A DNA stretch of 20,000 nucleotides from an uncultured Methanosarcinales archaeon (lineage in GTDB: Archaea; Nanobdellota; Nanobdellia; Woesearchaeales; DSVV01): assembly GCA_964593285.1 (NCBI GenBank), contig CAZQHZ010000005.1, positions 46,333 through 66,332 on the forward strand, given 5' to 3'. Under the pieces are notes generated by a model. It worked only from the letters and a program-made list of their open reading frames with translations. It was not told the DNA's origin and made no database searches. Positions 1 to 8,187 of the stretch are shown here, one piece after another. The number at the start of each line of letters is the position of its first letter. The stretch's first letter is position 1. A program made the position numbers and the translations under genes.

Positions 1-132
1 AAAATAATTCAAAACAGCGCAAATAATATATGTTGTAAAGCAAAAGTTGATAATAATCTTATTGATTCATATAGCTTAGTAAATGATAAAATTGCTTGTA
101 AAACTAATGGCAATTTTACTATAACATGTTAA
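1..132 (+). CDS. 3' end of a CDS truncated by the window edge; Cys-containing C-terminus (KIIQNSANNICCKAKVDNNLIDSYSLVNDKIACKTNGNFTITC*)
   Basis: Frame +1 is open from base 1 to TAA at 130-132 (43 codons, 4 Cys). Not in the ORF track because the start lies outside the window. Confidence 0.55.
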   Translation, partial: KIIQNSANNICCKAKVDNNLIDSYSLVNDKIACKTNGNFTITC

Positions 133-205
133 AATATTTATTAAATTTTAATTATACCACTCTTTAATGACAACATTTTTAAAGAAGTACTATTTTCTAT
201 AAAAT

Positions 206-991
206 ATGCTTGCGCTAAACCAAATATTTGGAATATTAAATAAAAAAAATAATGATTTTATTTTTGATATAGACTATAGAGTAAATAAACGAATTAATCC
301 AAACTATGAAGAAATTACTGGAAAAAAGATTAAAGGTAACTATATTAATGAAATACTTAATCAATATATAAAAGAAACAAAAGGTGTTTTACAGGCAATC
401 CCACCAGAAAATGAAGGGAAAAATTTAGATTTTTTTATCAGCCAAATAAATGATAATTCCTTATCAATTGAACCTAAAATGGTCAATCAAGATAAAAAAA
501 ATTTAAAAAAATATAATTTTTTACGATTTAATTTTGACATGAAAAATAATCAATATACTTTTGATACATCTATTTTAGGTGAGATAAATAATAAAAATAA
601 TACTGAATATATTATAAATAAGCCTAAGTTAATTTTTGAAGAAAAATTGCCATATATAGGTTATAAAATTAAAAATATTCTTGATGCTAAATTTAACAAT
701 GATGAAATAATTGAATTTGGAAATAATGGGATAGTATTTACTTCAAATGAAAATTATTTAGTTAATAAAAAAATAATGGATTCAAAACTTTATTTACCAA
801 AAATTCAAACAAAAAATCATGAATATAATGGAGGAAAAATTACTCTACCTGAAGTTATTATTAAATATAAATGTTCTAATTTTAAAAAAAAAGAGTATGG
901 TATAAAGTTTGAAAAATTCAATAATTCAAATGATAAAAAATTATTTAATGATTTTCTTTTTAGCTTGAAAAAAAAATACATCTACGAATAA
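206..991 (+). CDS. Hypothetical protein, 261 aa; possible N-terminal PAS-like segment and degenerate C-terminal PilZ-like domain
   Basis: Long ORF with TATA-like TTTAAAG at 178-184. INPNYEEITGKKIKG resembles a PAS start. EFGNNGIVF...YGIKFEKF...LFNDFL resembles the PilZ barrel. Domain calls are by eye only. Confidence 0.5.
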   Translation: MLALNQIFGILNKKNNDFIFDIDYRVNKRINPNYEEITGKKIKGNYINEILNQYIKETKGVLQAIPPENEGKNLDFFISQINDNSLSIEPKMVNQDKKNLKKYNFLRFNFDMKNNQYTFDTSILGEINNKNNTEYIINKPKLIFEEKLPYIGYKIKNILDAKFNNDEIIEFGNNGIVFTSNENYLVNKKIMDSKLYLPKIQTKNHEYNGGKITLPEVIIKYKCSNFKKKEYGIKFEKFNNSNDKKLFNDFLFSLKKKYIYE

Positions 992-1043
992 AATTATTTT
1001 TTTATCCAATATTTTTTTATTATAATTTGTTTTTTGTAATGTA

Positions 1044-1433
1044 TTAAGTATTAAGAATTTTTGAAATAATTCCATAAAGATCTCTTTTATAAAAACAATC
1101 ATTAAATCCTGGATTTCTCGAAGAGTTCTTATCTAAATATTTATTATATTTACTAATTGAATAAATTCTAGCAGGATATAAATTATTCTTTTTTTCATAC
1201 TCTCTTATTTTTAGAGTCATTCTATCTCCTTTCATAAAAGGCATGTTTATATCACTTAACACCAAATTAAATCTATCATTTTCCGAATTTTTAATATATT
1301 TTTCAAAACCTTCAAGTCCATCATTTGCAGTTTTATATTTAATTTTTAAACGTGTTAAAATAGAACTATAAAATGTTCTAATAAAATAATTATTATCAAC
1401 AACTAATACATTTAATGATTTTTTATCTTCCAT
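1044..1433 (-). CDS. Stand-alone response regulator receiver (CheY-like) protein
   Basis: VLVVDN acidic pocket, ANDGLEG, LVLSDINMPFMKG with phospho-Asp, IYSIS, terminal FYK. No output domain; starts 10 bp after the kinase stop. Confidence 0.9.
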   Translation of the reverse strand: MEDKKSLNVLVVDNNYFIRTFYSSILTRLKIKYKTANDGLEGFEKYIKNSENDRFNLVLSDINMPFMKGDRMTLKIREYEKKNNLYPARIYSISKYNKYLDKNSSRNPGFNDCFYKRDLYGIISKILNT

Positions 1434-1443
1434 TTTTAATAAA

Positions 1444-2964
1444 TTAAATTACATTACCATCTTTATATTTTGGAAATGTTAAATAAAATGTTGTTCCTTT
1501 TTCAATTTCACTTTCAACATTGATCATTCCATTTTGTTTTTCTATATATCTTTTAACTAAATCAAGTCCAAGTCCAGTACTTTTCTCTCCTCTAATTCCA
1601 TCTTTATGTTTTTTAACAGATATATCAAATAAATTATCAAGGGTGTGTTTATCCATTCCAACTCCTGTATCTTTTATTGATACCATATAATTATTTTCTT
1701 TTTCTTTAGCATCTAAAATAATACTTCCATCCTTTTTAGTATATTTAATAGAATTACCAATAAGATTTCTAAAAATAGTTGAAGTCATTTTATAATCACC
1801 TTCAATAAATAAATTAGGATATACTAAATTTTTAAAATTAATACCATATTTTTCAAACATGTTTTGATTTATTTTATACACATCGCAAATTACTTTTCTA
1901 AGTTCTAATTTTTCAGGTCTGTAAATTTCTTCACTTTTACTTGCTACAGCCCACTCTAATAAATCTTCTAATAATTTATATGTATTTTTTGTTGAATTAG
2001 CAATATCTTGGAAAATTTTCCTTTTTTCTTCATCTGAAAAATCATCATAATTATCATTAAGTATTTGAGAAACCCCTAAAATACTATTTAAAGGTGACTT
2101 TAAGTCATGAGCTAATATAGAAAAAAATTTATCTTTTGTATCATTTACTTCTTGAAGTGTGTTTTTTTGATTAATTAATTCTTGTTGATAATTTTTTAAA
2201 TTAGTTATATCTCTAATATATGAGATATATTCATCTTCAGATAATTTTTTACAATCAAGCAATACATCAAATATTTCATTATTTTTATTTTTTATTTGTA
2301 ATTCTAAATTCTTTTTTCCATTTAACGATTCTATTAATTCCTTGTTATTTTTTTTATCATTATCTTCTTTTAGTATTACATCTGAAACGGATAATTTAGT
2401 TATCTCCTCACAAAAATAATTCAGATGTTTACATGCAGAAGGATTAGCAAAGATATATTTACCCTCATTATCTGTAATCATTACAGTAACAGGAGAATTC
2501 ATAATATAATTTTCAAATTTGCTTTTATTTCCTAATGCCTTTTTTTGCAGTTCTTTATTTTTTGTTATATCACTTGCAATTCCTTGAAATCCTATTATAT
2601 TATTATTTTCATATAAAGGTATTGCATTTGAATTATGAATTCTCCACTCACCATTTAAATGTTTTACTCTATACTCAATATTTTCTTTTTTTACTCCTGT
2701 TTTTAAAACTTCTACTAATGCATTTTCACAAATGTATTGGTCGTTTTCATGGACAAAATCTTTAAATGATTTACCAATAGTCTCATTTACATCATGACCT
2801 AAAATATTAGTCCATGCTTTTGATACAAAAGTAAAAATACCCTCTGGATTTATAGTGTATATAATATCTGGTGTGTTATCTACTAATAATTTATAATTTT
2901 CTTTTTCTTTTTCTAATTTTTTTCTTAGTTCATTAATTTTTGCTTCTAAATTTTCTTTAACCAC
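1444..2964 (-). CDS. Soluble PAS-PAS sensor histidine kinase (HisKA + HATPase_c)
   Basis: Two PAS/PAC repeats; H-box FFSILAHDLKSPL; N-box FRNLIGNSIKYT; G1 DTGVGM; G2 TGLGL; GTTF. GTG start; no TM segment. Confidence 0.95.
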   Translation of the reverse strand: MVKENLEAKINELRKKLEKEKENYKLLVDNTPDIIYTINPEGIFTFVSKAWTNILGHDVNETIGKSFKDFVHENDQYICENALVEVLKTGVKKENIEYRVKHLNGEWRIHNSNAIPLYENNNIIGFQGIASDITKNKELQKKALGNKSKFENYIMNSPVTVMITDNEGKYIFANPSACKHLNYFCEEITKLSVSDVILKEDNDKKNNKELIESLNGKKNLELQIKNKNNEIFDVLLDCKKLSEDEYISYIRDITNLKNYQQELINQKNTLQEVNDTKDKFFSILAHDLKSPLNSILGVSQILNDNYDDFSDEEKRKIFQDIANSTKNTYKLLEDLLEWAVASKSEEIYRPEKLELRKVICDVYKINQNMFEKYGINFKNLVYPNLFIEGDYKMTSTIFRNLIGNSIKYTKKDGSIILDAKEKENNYMVSIKDTGVGMDKHTLDNLFDISVKKHKDGIRGEKSTGLGLDLVKRYIEKQNGMINVESEIEKGTTFYLTFPKYKDGNVI

Positions 2965-3044
2965 AATTAGATAGTAATATTTAGTTATTATTAAGTTTTT
3001 TGTTTTGCAATTTTTTTTATTAAATTAATTATTAGAAATTTTAG

Positions 3045-3089
3045 AATTATTATTTATTATAACCAACTTGAGAAATATAATCCCTTTTT
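3045..3089. repeat. Direct repeat copy A (45 bp, 43/45 identical to 4475-4519); orphan copy of the 3' end of the 4480-5016 gene
   Basis: aattattatttattataaccaacttgAgaaatataatcccTtttt vs aattattatttattataaccaacttgGgaaatataatcccCtttt. On the minus strand it reads RDYISQVGYNK**. Confidence 0.9.
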
Positions 3090-3233
3090 TTAAAATTTAT
3101 ATAATAAAATAATTTTTTATAATTAAATTTAGAGAATTATAATTTAAAAATTCTTTTTAAACATTATAAAAAAATTATTCAAAAAAATTGTTAAATTTTG
3201 AATATTAGTAATAAATATGTAATAAAAGTAAAT

Positions 3234-3749
3234 TTAAGTTAACTTTAATATATCTTTTGCTTTAGATATAAATAATGTTGATTTTATTCTTATTTGTTCA
3301 ACTTCTTTTTTTGTATAATTTGTTTTTGTTAGGTATGTTGCATCTTCTCTTTTGTTTTTTGATTCAACATAAAATAAAATATCTTGATAGTCTAACAATT
3401 TCCCTAATATTTCTATATCATCACTATTTAAACCTTTATCATAGAATTCTCTAATTAATAATAATAGAGTTGCTAAATGATTTTTTGATGAATATCCTTT
3501 TGTCATTATTAATGCCAAAGCACTATGATATGATGCGTAATAACATCCAATTATTGCCCAATCAATATAGTTTAGTTTAATATTATCAGCTACAAATCTT
3601 AAGTTATGTTCTGATTTTAGTATATGTCCTTTTATTTCTCTTTTATTTTCATTTTCTTTCTTAATTATTTTTTTTTCAATATATTCTTTTATTTTTTCAT
3701 CTACAAAATTAGGATTTTTTATATATTTATCAATTTCATATTTTTGCAT
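3234..3749 (-). CDS. HEPN domain protein (MNT-associated)
   Basis: WAIIGCYYASYHSALALIMTKGYSSKNH and REDATY motifs typical of MNT-paired HEPN proteins. Overlaps the MNT gene end by 14 bp. Confidence 0.85.
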   Translation of the reverse strand: MQKYEIDKYIKNPNFVDEKIKEYIEKKIIKKENENKREIKGHILKSEHNLRFVADNIKLNYIDWAIIGCYYASYHSALALIMTKGYSSKNHLATLLLLIREFYDKGLNSDDIEILGKLLDYQDILFYVESKNKREDATYLTKTNYTKKEVEQIRIKSTLFISKAKDILKLT

Positions 3750-4335
3750 TTCTTATTTCCTCATAATATTTTATGTGATTTATTAAAGGATAACCTGTTT
3801 CTAATGCTGATTGAATAACCATGTCATTTTTTAATTTAAGTTCCTTAATAAATTTTTTGTAATCAATCTGGAAAGTACTAATTTTTAATGTAGATTGTAC
3901 ATTAGCTTCATTTTCAGCTTTTTTTGCATTTATTCTTTCATTTGTTACGATTAATATATCTATATCTGATTCATCCCTAAATGTATCTTTTGCAGTTGAT
4001 CCAAAAAGAATTACAAAAATAGGTTGTTTTAAAAGATTATTTAAATAAGTCTCTATTGCTACCCGTCTAATTGAGGGTAACTTTTCATATCTTTCAATGT
4101 CAAAAAATGTTATAATTGAATATGTTTTTTTATTATCTTTTATTGAAAAAAATTTCATGTTGCCTTTTTTTTCTGATAATAAAATATTATCTTTTTCTAA
4201 TTTACTTAAAAACCGATAAGCACTATTTTCATTAAGCTTAGTTTTTTTAGCAATTTCTCTAAGATGAAAACTTTTTTTATTTACATAAAAAAGCCTTAAT
4301 ATATTCAAATATCCTTTACTAATTATGTTTAACAT
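3736..4335 (-). CDS. Winged-HTH + minimal nucleotidyltransferase (MNT), putative antitoxin/regulator
   Basis: N-terminal HLREIAKKTKLNENSAYRFLSKLEKDNIL wHTH; Pol-beta signature LFGSTAKDTFRDESDID (GSx10DxD). Confidence 0.9.
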   Translation of the reverse strand: MLNIISKGYLNILRLFYVNKKSFHLREIAKKTKLNENSAYRFLSKLEKDNILLSEKKGNMKFFSIKDNKKTYSIITFFDIERYEKLPSIRRVAIETYLNNLLKQPIFVILFGSTAKDTFRDESDIDILIVTNERINAKKAENEANVQSTLKISTFQIDYKKFIKELKLKNDMVIQSALETGYPLINHIKYYEEIRNAKI

Positions 4336-4474
4336 TTTTAAACAAATGTTGTAATTATTTAAACATTTAAATATTTTACGGTTTGTATTATAAATTTTTT
4401 AAAAAATAATTTTAGATTAACAGTTAATAAATTAATAGTTTATATTTAAAAAAATTAATATAAAAAAGCAACTT

Positions 4475-4519
4475 AATTATTATTTATTATAACCAACTTG
4501 GGAAATATAATCCCCTTTT
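4475..4519. repeat. Direct repeat copy B, forming the last codons and tandem stops of the 4480-5016 gene
   Basis: Matches 3045-3089 at offset 1430 with 2 mismatches. Confidence 0.9.
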
Positions 4520-5016
4520 AAGTCTTTCATTAATTTTCGGCTTCCATTAGCAAGCTGTTTAAATGATTCATTATACAAATTATCTTGTGAATTCATTATT
4601 TTATTGTAAATTTCTTCTGCTCTTTGAATACTATCATACCCTGGATTGTTTGTTATTTCTTTTAACTCATCATATATGTTAAAAATATATTCTAAATTTT
4701 CATCTTTTTTAGAAGAATAGCTAGTGAATTGTTCTTCTTTATCTTCTGTATTTATTTTTATTTCTTCTGTATTTAATAAATCATTTAAATTTGATTTTTC
4801 ATCTTTTAAAATTTTAACATTAGAAACAATATTACTTATATTTTTTTCTTTAATTGATTCTTTAAGTAAAACATCTATTTTGTTTTTTTCTTTTTCTTCT
4901 TTTTCTTTTAATTTTTTTAAAATAATTATTCTATTTTCTGCTGTAAATAATTTAATTTTTTCAAATAATTCTTTTCTTGGTAAATCAAGAATTTTATTTA
5001 TTTCTTTTTCATTCAT
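4480..5016 (-). CDS. Hypothetical charged/helical protein, 178 aa; probably co-transcribed with 5035-6504
   Basis: ORF starts 18 bp after the upstream stop on the same strand; K/E-rich. Confidence 0.7.
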   Translation of the reverse strand: MNEKEINKILDLPRKELFEKIKLFTAENRIIILKKLKEKEEKEKNKIDVLLKESIKEKNISNIVSNVKILKDEKSNLNDLLNTEEIKINTEDKEEQFTSYSSKKDENLEYIFNIYDELKEITNNPGYDSIQRAEEIYNKIMNSQDNLYNESFKQLANGSRKLMKDLKGDYISQVGYNK

Positions 5017-5034
5017 ATTAATTGTTTTAAATAA

Positions 5035-6504
5035 TTACCATGCAAGCATTTTATTATTTTTTTTAAAATTTTTATAAACCTGCCAACTTGCTCGTACAGC
5101 ATTACCTGTTGCAATTTTTGTTTCATTATCAATAACAACTTTATTTGGTTGATTTTTTTGAGTTGTTTTAGTAGATGAAAAGAAGGGTTCATAAAAAATA
5201 TCTTTAAACCCATATAATAGAGCAACAAAAGGATCTGTGTCTTTTAGTGATTTTTTTGGTTTAGTTTCTTCTTTATCTTTTTTTGTAAATTCAAAATTAT
5301 CTTCAGCCTCTTTTAAATATTTTTCAAGCTCTTCACCTAAAGATTCCATCGCAGCTTTTAGACTTGAATCAACATTACCAATTAAATCTAAATCTTCTTT
5401 TTGACGCATTTTAACATATTTATCAATAGTTTCTTTATTCCAAGCATATGCTCTAATATTAACTTCTGCTTTTCCAATATGCATTGGACCTCGTTGATAT
5501 TCTGTTTGAAAATTCATTGAAGGTTTTAATCTATACCTAAAATTAATTAAAACAACAGAATAAATATGTTTATTATGAAACATATATTTTGAATCACCAT
5601 GACTTGGTGGAAGTTTATAAAATAAATTTTCAATTTCTGTAATTGAGCCTTCAAATGAACTAATCATATCAACTTCATCAGTTCTATCTTGCAAAGTTAA
5701 TCGCCTTAAATTTCTCATATATGGTTTTACCCAAGAAATATACATTCTAATTGAATTAAAATGTTGTCTTAAATATCTTAATGTAAATATTTTTCTATTT
5801 TTTATTTCTTTATATGTTGAAAATTTCCATTGCATAAAAGTTCTTAATTTTCTTTTTAGTACTTCTTTTACTTTAATATTAAATTCAAGACCATTTACAA
5901 TTGAATCTATTTCTTCAAGAGTTACAGGATGTGTTGCAAAAAATATATCAGGAAGAGTAGTAAATTGTAATTCACGTGCCATTCCATAAACTGATGCAGG
6001 ATTTTTTGAACCACCCTCAACTTGATCAATCCACAGACCCTTTAAAACAATTTCAGCACTCTCCCTTGTTTTTGAATCTTTATTCATACTATCTTCATAA
6101 TATCCAAATCTTTCATCTATAATTCTCAGTTCCCTAACAATTTGAAACAATTCTTTAACCATTTTTCCAATTGTCCCCATAAACATTGATACTTTTTCTT
6201 GTTGCATTCCAAGTCTTTGCTGAGCATTTCCAAAAAAAGAAGAATTTTCAGATGCTGAAAATAAATCAGAAATTTTTTTAACAAAAGGAAAACCTTCACC
6301 AACCATAATACAATCAGTAATCCAATAGTATATTTCTTCTGCTGGTTTATTAAAATCTTCTAATATAAACCGATAACTTTGAATTGGTTTTGGATAACCT
6401 GTAAAACCTTCAACAAAATTACCTGCATTATCTCTTGCTATTTCAATAAATTCTTCATCAAAATTATATTCTTTTAATAAATCTGATTTTTCAAGGCTTG
6501 CCAT
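5035..6504 (-). CDS. Hypothetical protein, 489 aa; resembles an uncharacterised family I recall from Woese-/Pacearchaeota
   Basis: Long ORF with a complex, less AT-biased composition (e.g. LKGLWIDQVEGG, LRQHFNSIRMYISWVKPY). Family recollection is unverified. Confidence 0.75.
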   Translation of the reverse strand: MASLEKSDLLKEYNFDEEFIEIARDNAGNFVEGFTGYPKPIQSYRFILEDFNKPAEEIYYWITDCIMVGEGFPFVKKISDLFSASENSSFFGNAQQRLGMQQEKVSMFMGTIGKMVKELFQIVRELRIIDERFGYYEDSMNKDSKTRESAEIVLKGLWIDQVEGGSKNPASVYGMARELQFTTLPDIFFATHPVTLEEIDSIVNGLEFNIKVKEVLKRKLRTFMQWKFSTYKEIKNRKIFTLRYLRQHFNSIRMYISWVKPYMRNLRRLTLQDRTDEVDMISSFEGSITEIENLFYKLPPSHGDSKYMFHNKHIYSVVLINFRYRLKPSMNFQTEYQRGPMHIGKAEVNIRAYAWNKETIDKYVKMRQKEDLDLIGNVDSSLKAAMESLGEELEKYLKEAEDNFEFTKKDKEETKPKKSLKDTDPFVALLYGFKDIFYEPFFSSTKTTQKNQPNKVVIDNETKIATGNAVRASWQVYKNFKKNNKMLAW

Positions 6505-6605
6505 TTTTAGTAAATTAAATTAAAATGTGATAATTTTTTTATAATTAAATATACATATTTGTTTTTTATAATATTTTCGTTTTTAATTATATTTAAAATG
6601 AAAAA

Positions 6606-6881
6606 TTAATTTTTTTTAGTATCTTTATAAAATGTAGCAGACATTCCAATAACTAAAACCAATTTTGATTCTGTTTTTTTAGATATTAATAATGCAAGTT
6701 CATCTACATTACTGTCAATTAATGATGATTTTAAAAATTTAATTTTTATTAATTTTCTTTTTTTTAAATGTTTATTAATCTCTTCTATTAATGAATCAGT
6801 AATTCCTGTTTTTCCAATTCTAACAAGTATTGGCAATTTTACAGATTCTTTTTTTAATTTATTTAAATCAATTGATGTCAT
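6606..6881 (-). CDS. yhbY: YhbY/CRM-domain RNA-binding protein
   Basis: LPILVRIGKTGITDSLIEEINKHLKKRKLIKIKFL ... IGMSATFYK matches the CRS1_YhbY pattern. Confidence 0.9.
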   Translation of the reverse strand: MTSIDLNKLKKESVKLPILVRIGKTGITDSLIEEINKHLKKRKLIKIKFLKSSLIDSNVDELALLISKKTESKLVLVIGMSATFYKDTKKN

Positions 6882-6976
6882 TTTAAATAATATATTTAAG
6901 TTTATTTAAATAATTTATTAAAATTTCAAAAAAATAAACCAAAAAATATATAAAACAGAAGATAATAAAAACATTA

Positions 6977-7525
6977 ATGCAAGAAATATATAATACTATA
7001 AAAAAACAAGAATATAAATTAAGTTACTTGCAAGAAAATATTGAAACAATTAGCTATTCTATAATTTGTTTTTTTATACCTTTTTTAATTGCAAAACCAC
7101 AATTTTTAGTTGGAATGCTTGTAAATTGTGCATTAATTCTTGCTGCATTAAATATAAAAAATTATAAATTACTGCCTATTATAATATTACCAAGCATTGG
7201 TGTATTAACTGCAGGATTAATATTTGGTCCTTTGAGTATGTTTTTAATTTATATGATTCCATTTATTTGGATTTCAAATTTTATAATTGTTTATTCATTT
7301 AAATATTTATATTTAAAAAATAAATTAAATAAATGGACAAGTTTAATAATTTCTGCTATATTTAAAGTTTCATTATTGTTTATTAGTGCATTTTTTTTAG
7401 TAAAATTAAGCATATTACCTGCATTATTTTTAACCACAATGGGTTTAGTGCAATTATATACTGCAATTTCTGGTGGAATAATAGCTTTTGCTATTCAAAA
7501 AATAAAAACAAAATATATTAATTAA
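6977..7525 (+). CDS. Integral membrane protein, ECF transporter S-component-like
   Basis: About 5-6 hydrophobic helices; PQFLVGMLVNCALILAA, IPFIWISN, QLYTAISGG motifs. Confidence 0.6.
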   Translation: MQEIYNTIKKQEYKLSYLQENIETISYSIICFFIPFLIAKPQFLVGMLVNCALILAALNIKNYKLLPIIILPSIGVLTAGLIFGPLSMFLIYMIPFIWISNFIIVYSFKYLYLKNKLNKWTSLIISAIFKVSLLFISAFFLVKLSILPALFLTTMGLVQLYTAISGGIIAFAIQKIKTKYIN

Positions 7526-7740
7526 ATTCTTAAAATATAACCAATAGCTAAATCTATTTATTTTGAAGAGATAAAGAGTAAAAAATGGAAAAAATGCTAA
7601 TTTTACCAAATACTAACAAAAAAGTTTATGATAAAATTTTTCCACACTTTTTATTGCAAAATTAACTAACAAAATCTCAACACTAAATGTATCTACTACA
7701 GAATAGAAATGTTTAAAAAAACAACCAATTTTAGTCGAGT

Positions 7741-8130
7741 ATGAATCACAATACAAATGAAAAATTAAATATAATGGCAGTGGATGATGAAAAAATCTAT
7801 CAGCTTTTATACGACAATTTGTTAAAAAAATATAATAATGTTGATTATCAAATTTTAAAAAATGGAAAAGAAGGATTAGAATATTATTTACAAAATAATG
7901 AAAAAATTGACATAATATTTACTGATATAACAATGCCTGAAATGGATGGAATTGAAATGACAAAAAAAATCAAAAAATATGAAAATAATAATAATAATTC
8001 TAAAAATGTAAAAATTTATGCAGTAAGTTCTATTAGTAGAAAAGATTTTAAAAAAGAAGAATATTTTTTCGAATTTATTCAAAAACAATATTTAATTGAC
8101 AAATTGAACTCAATTATTACAAAAAGTTGA
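7741..8130 (+). CDS. Stand-alone response regulator receiver protein
   Basis: IMAVDDE, NGKEGL, IIFTDITMPEMDG, IYAVS, FIQK. No output domain. Confidence 0.92.
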   Translation: MNHNTNEKLNIMAVDDEKIYQLLYDNLLKKYNNVDYQILKNGKEGLEYYLQNNEKIDIIFTDITMPEMDGIEMTKKIKKYENNNNNSKNVKIYAVSSISRKDFKKEEYFFEFIQKQYLIDKLNSIITKS

Positions 8131-8187
8131 TTTTAAAAAATAAAAATCTTTTTAAAAAATTATAATTTCTAAAGTTTTTTTATAAAA

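Noticed and set aside
3045..4519. Direct repeat considered as a CRISPR repeat or IS target-site duplication
   Set aside because: Only two copies 1430 bp apart, with no spacers or cas genes, no terminal inverted repeats or transposase, and 45 bp is too long for a typical TSD.
7526..7740. Short ORF (MEKMLILPNTNKKVYDKIFPHFLLQN) or possible gene remnant in the intergenic region
   Set aside because: 26 codons with no motif or clear expression signal; compatible with chance.
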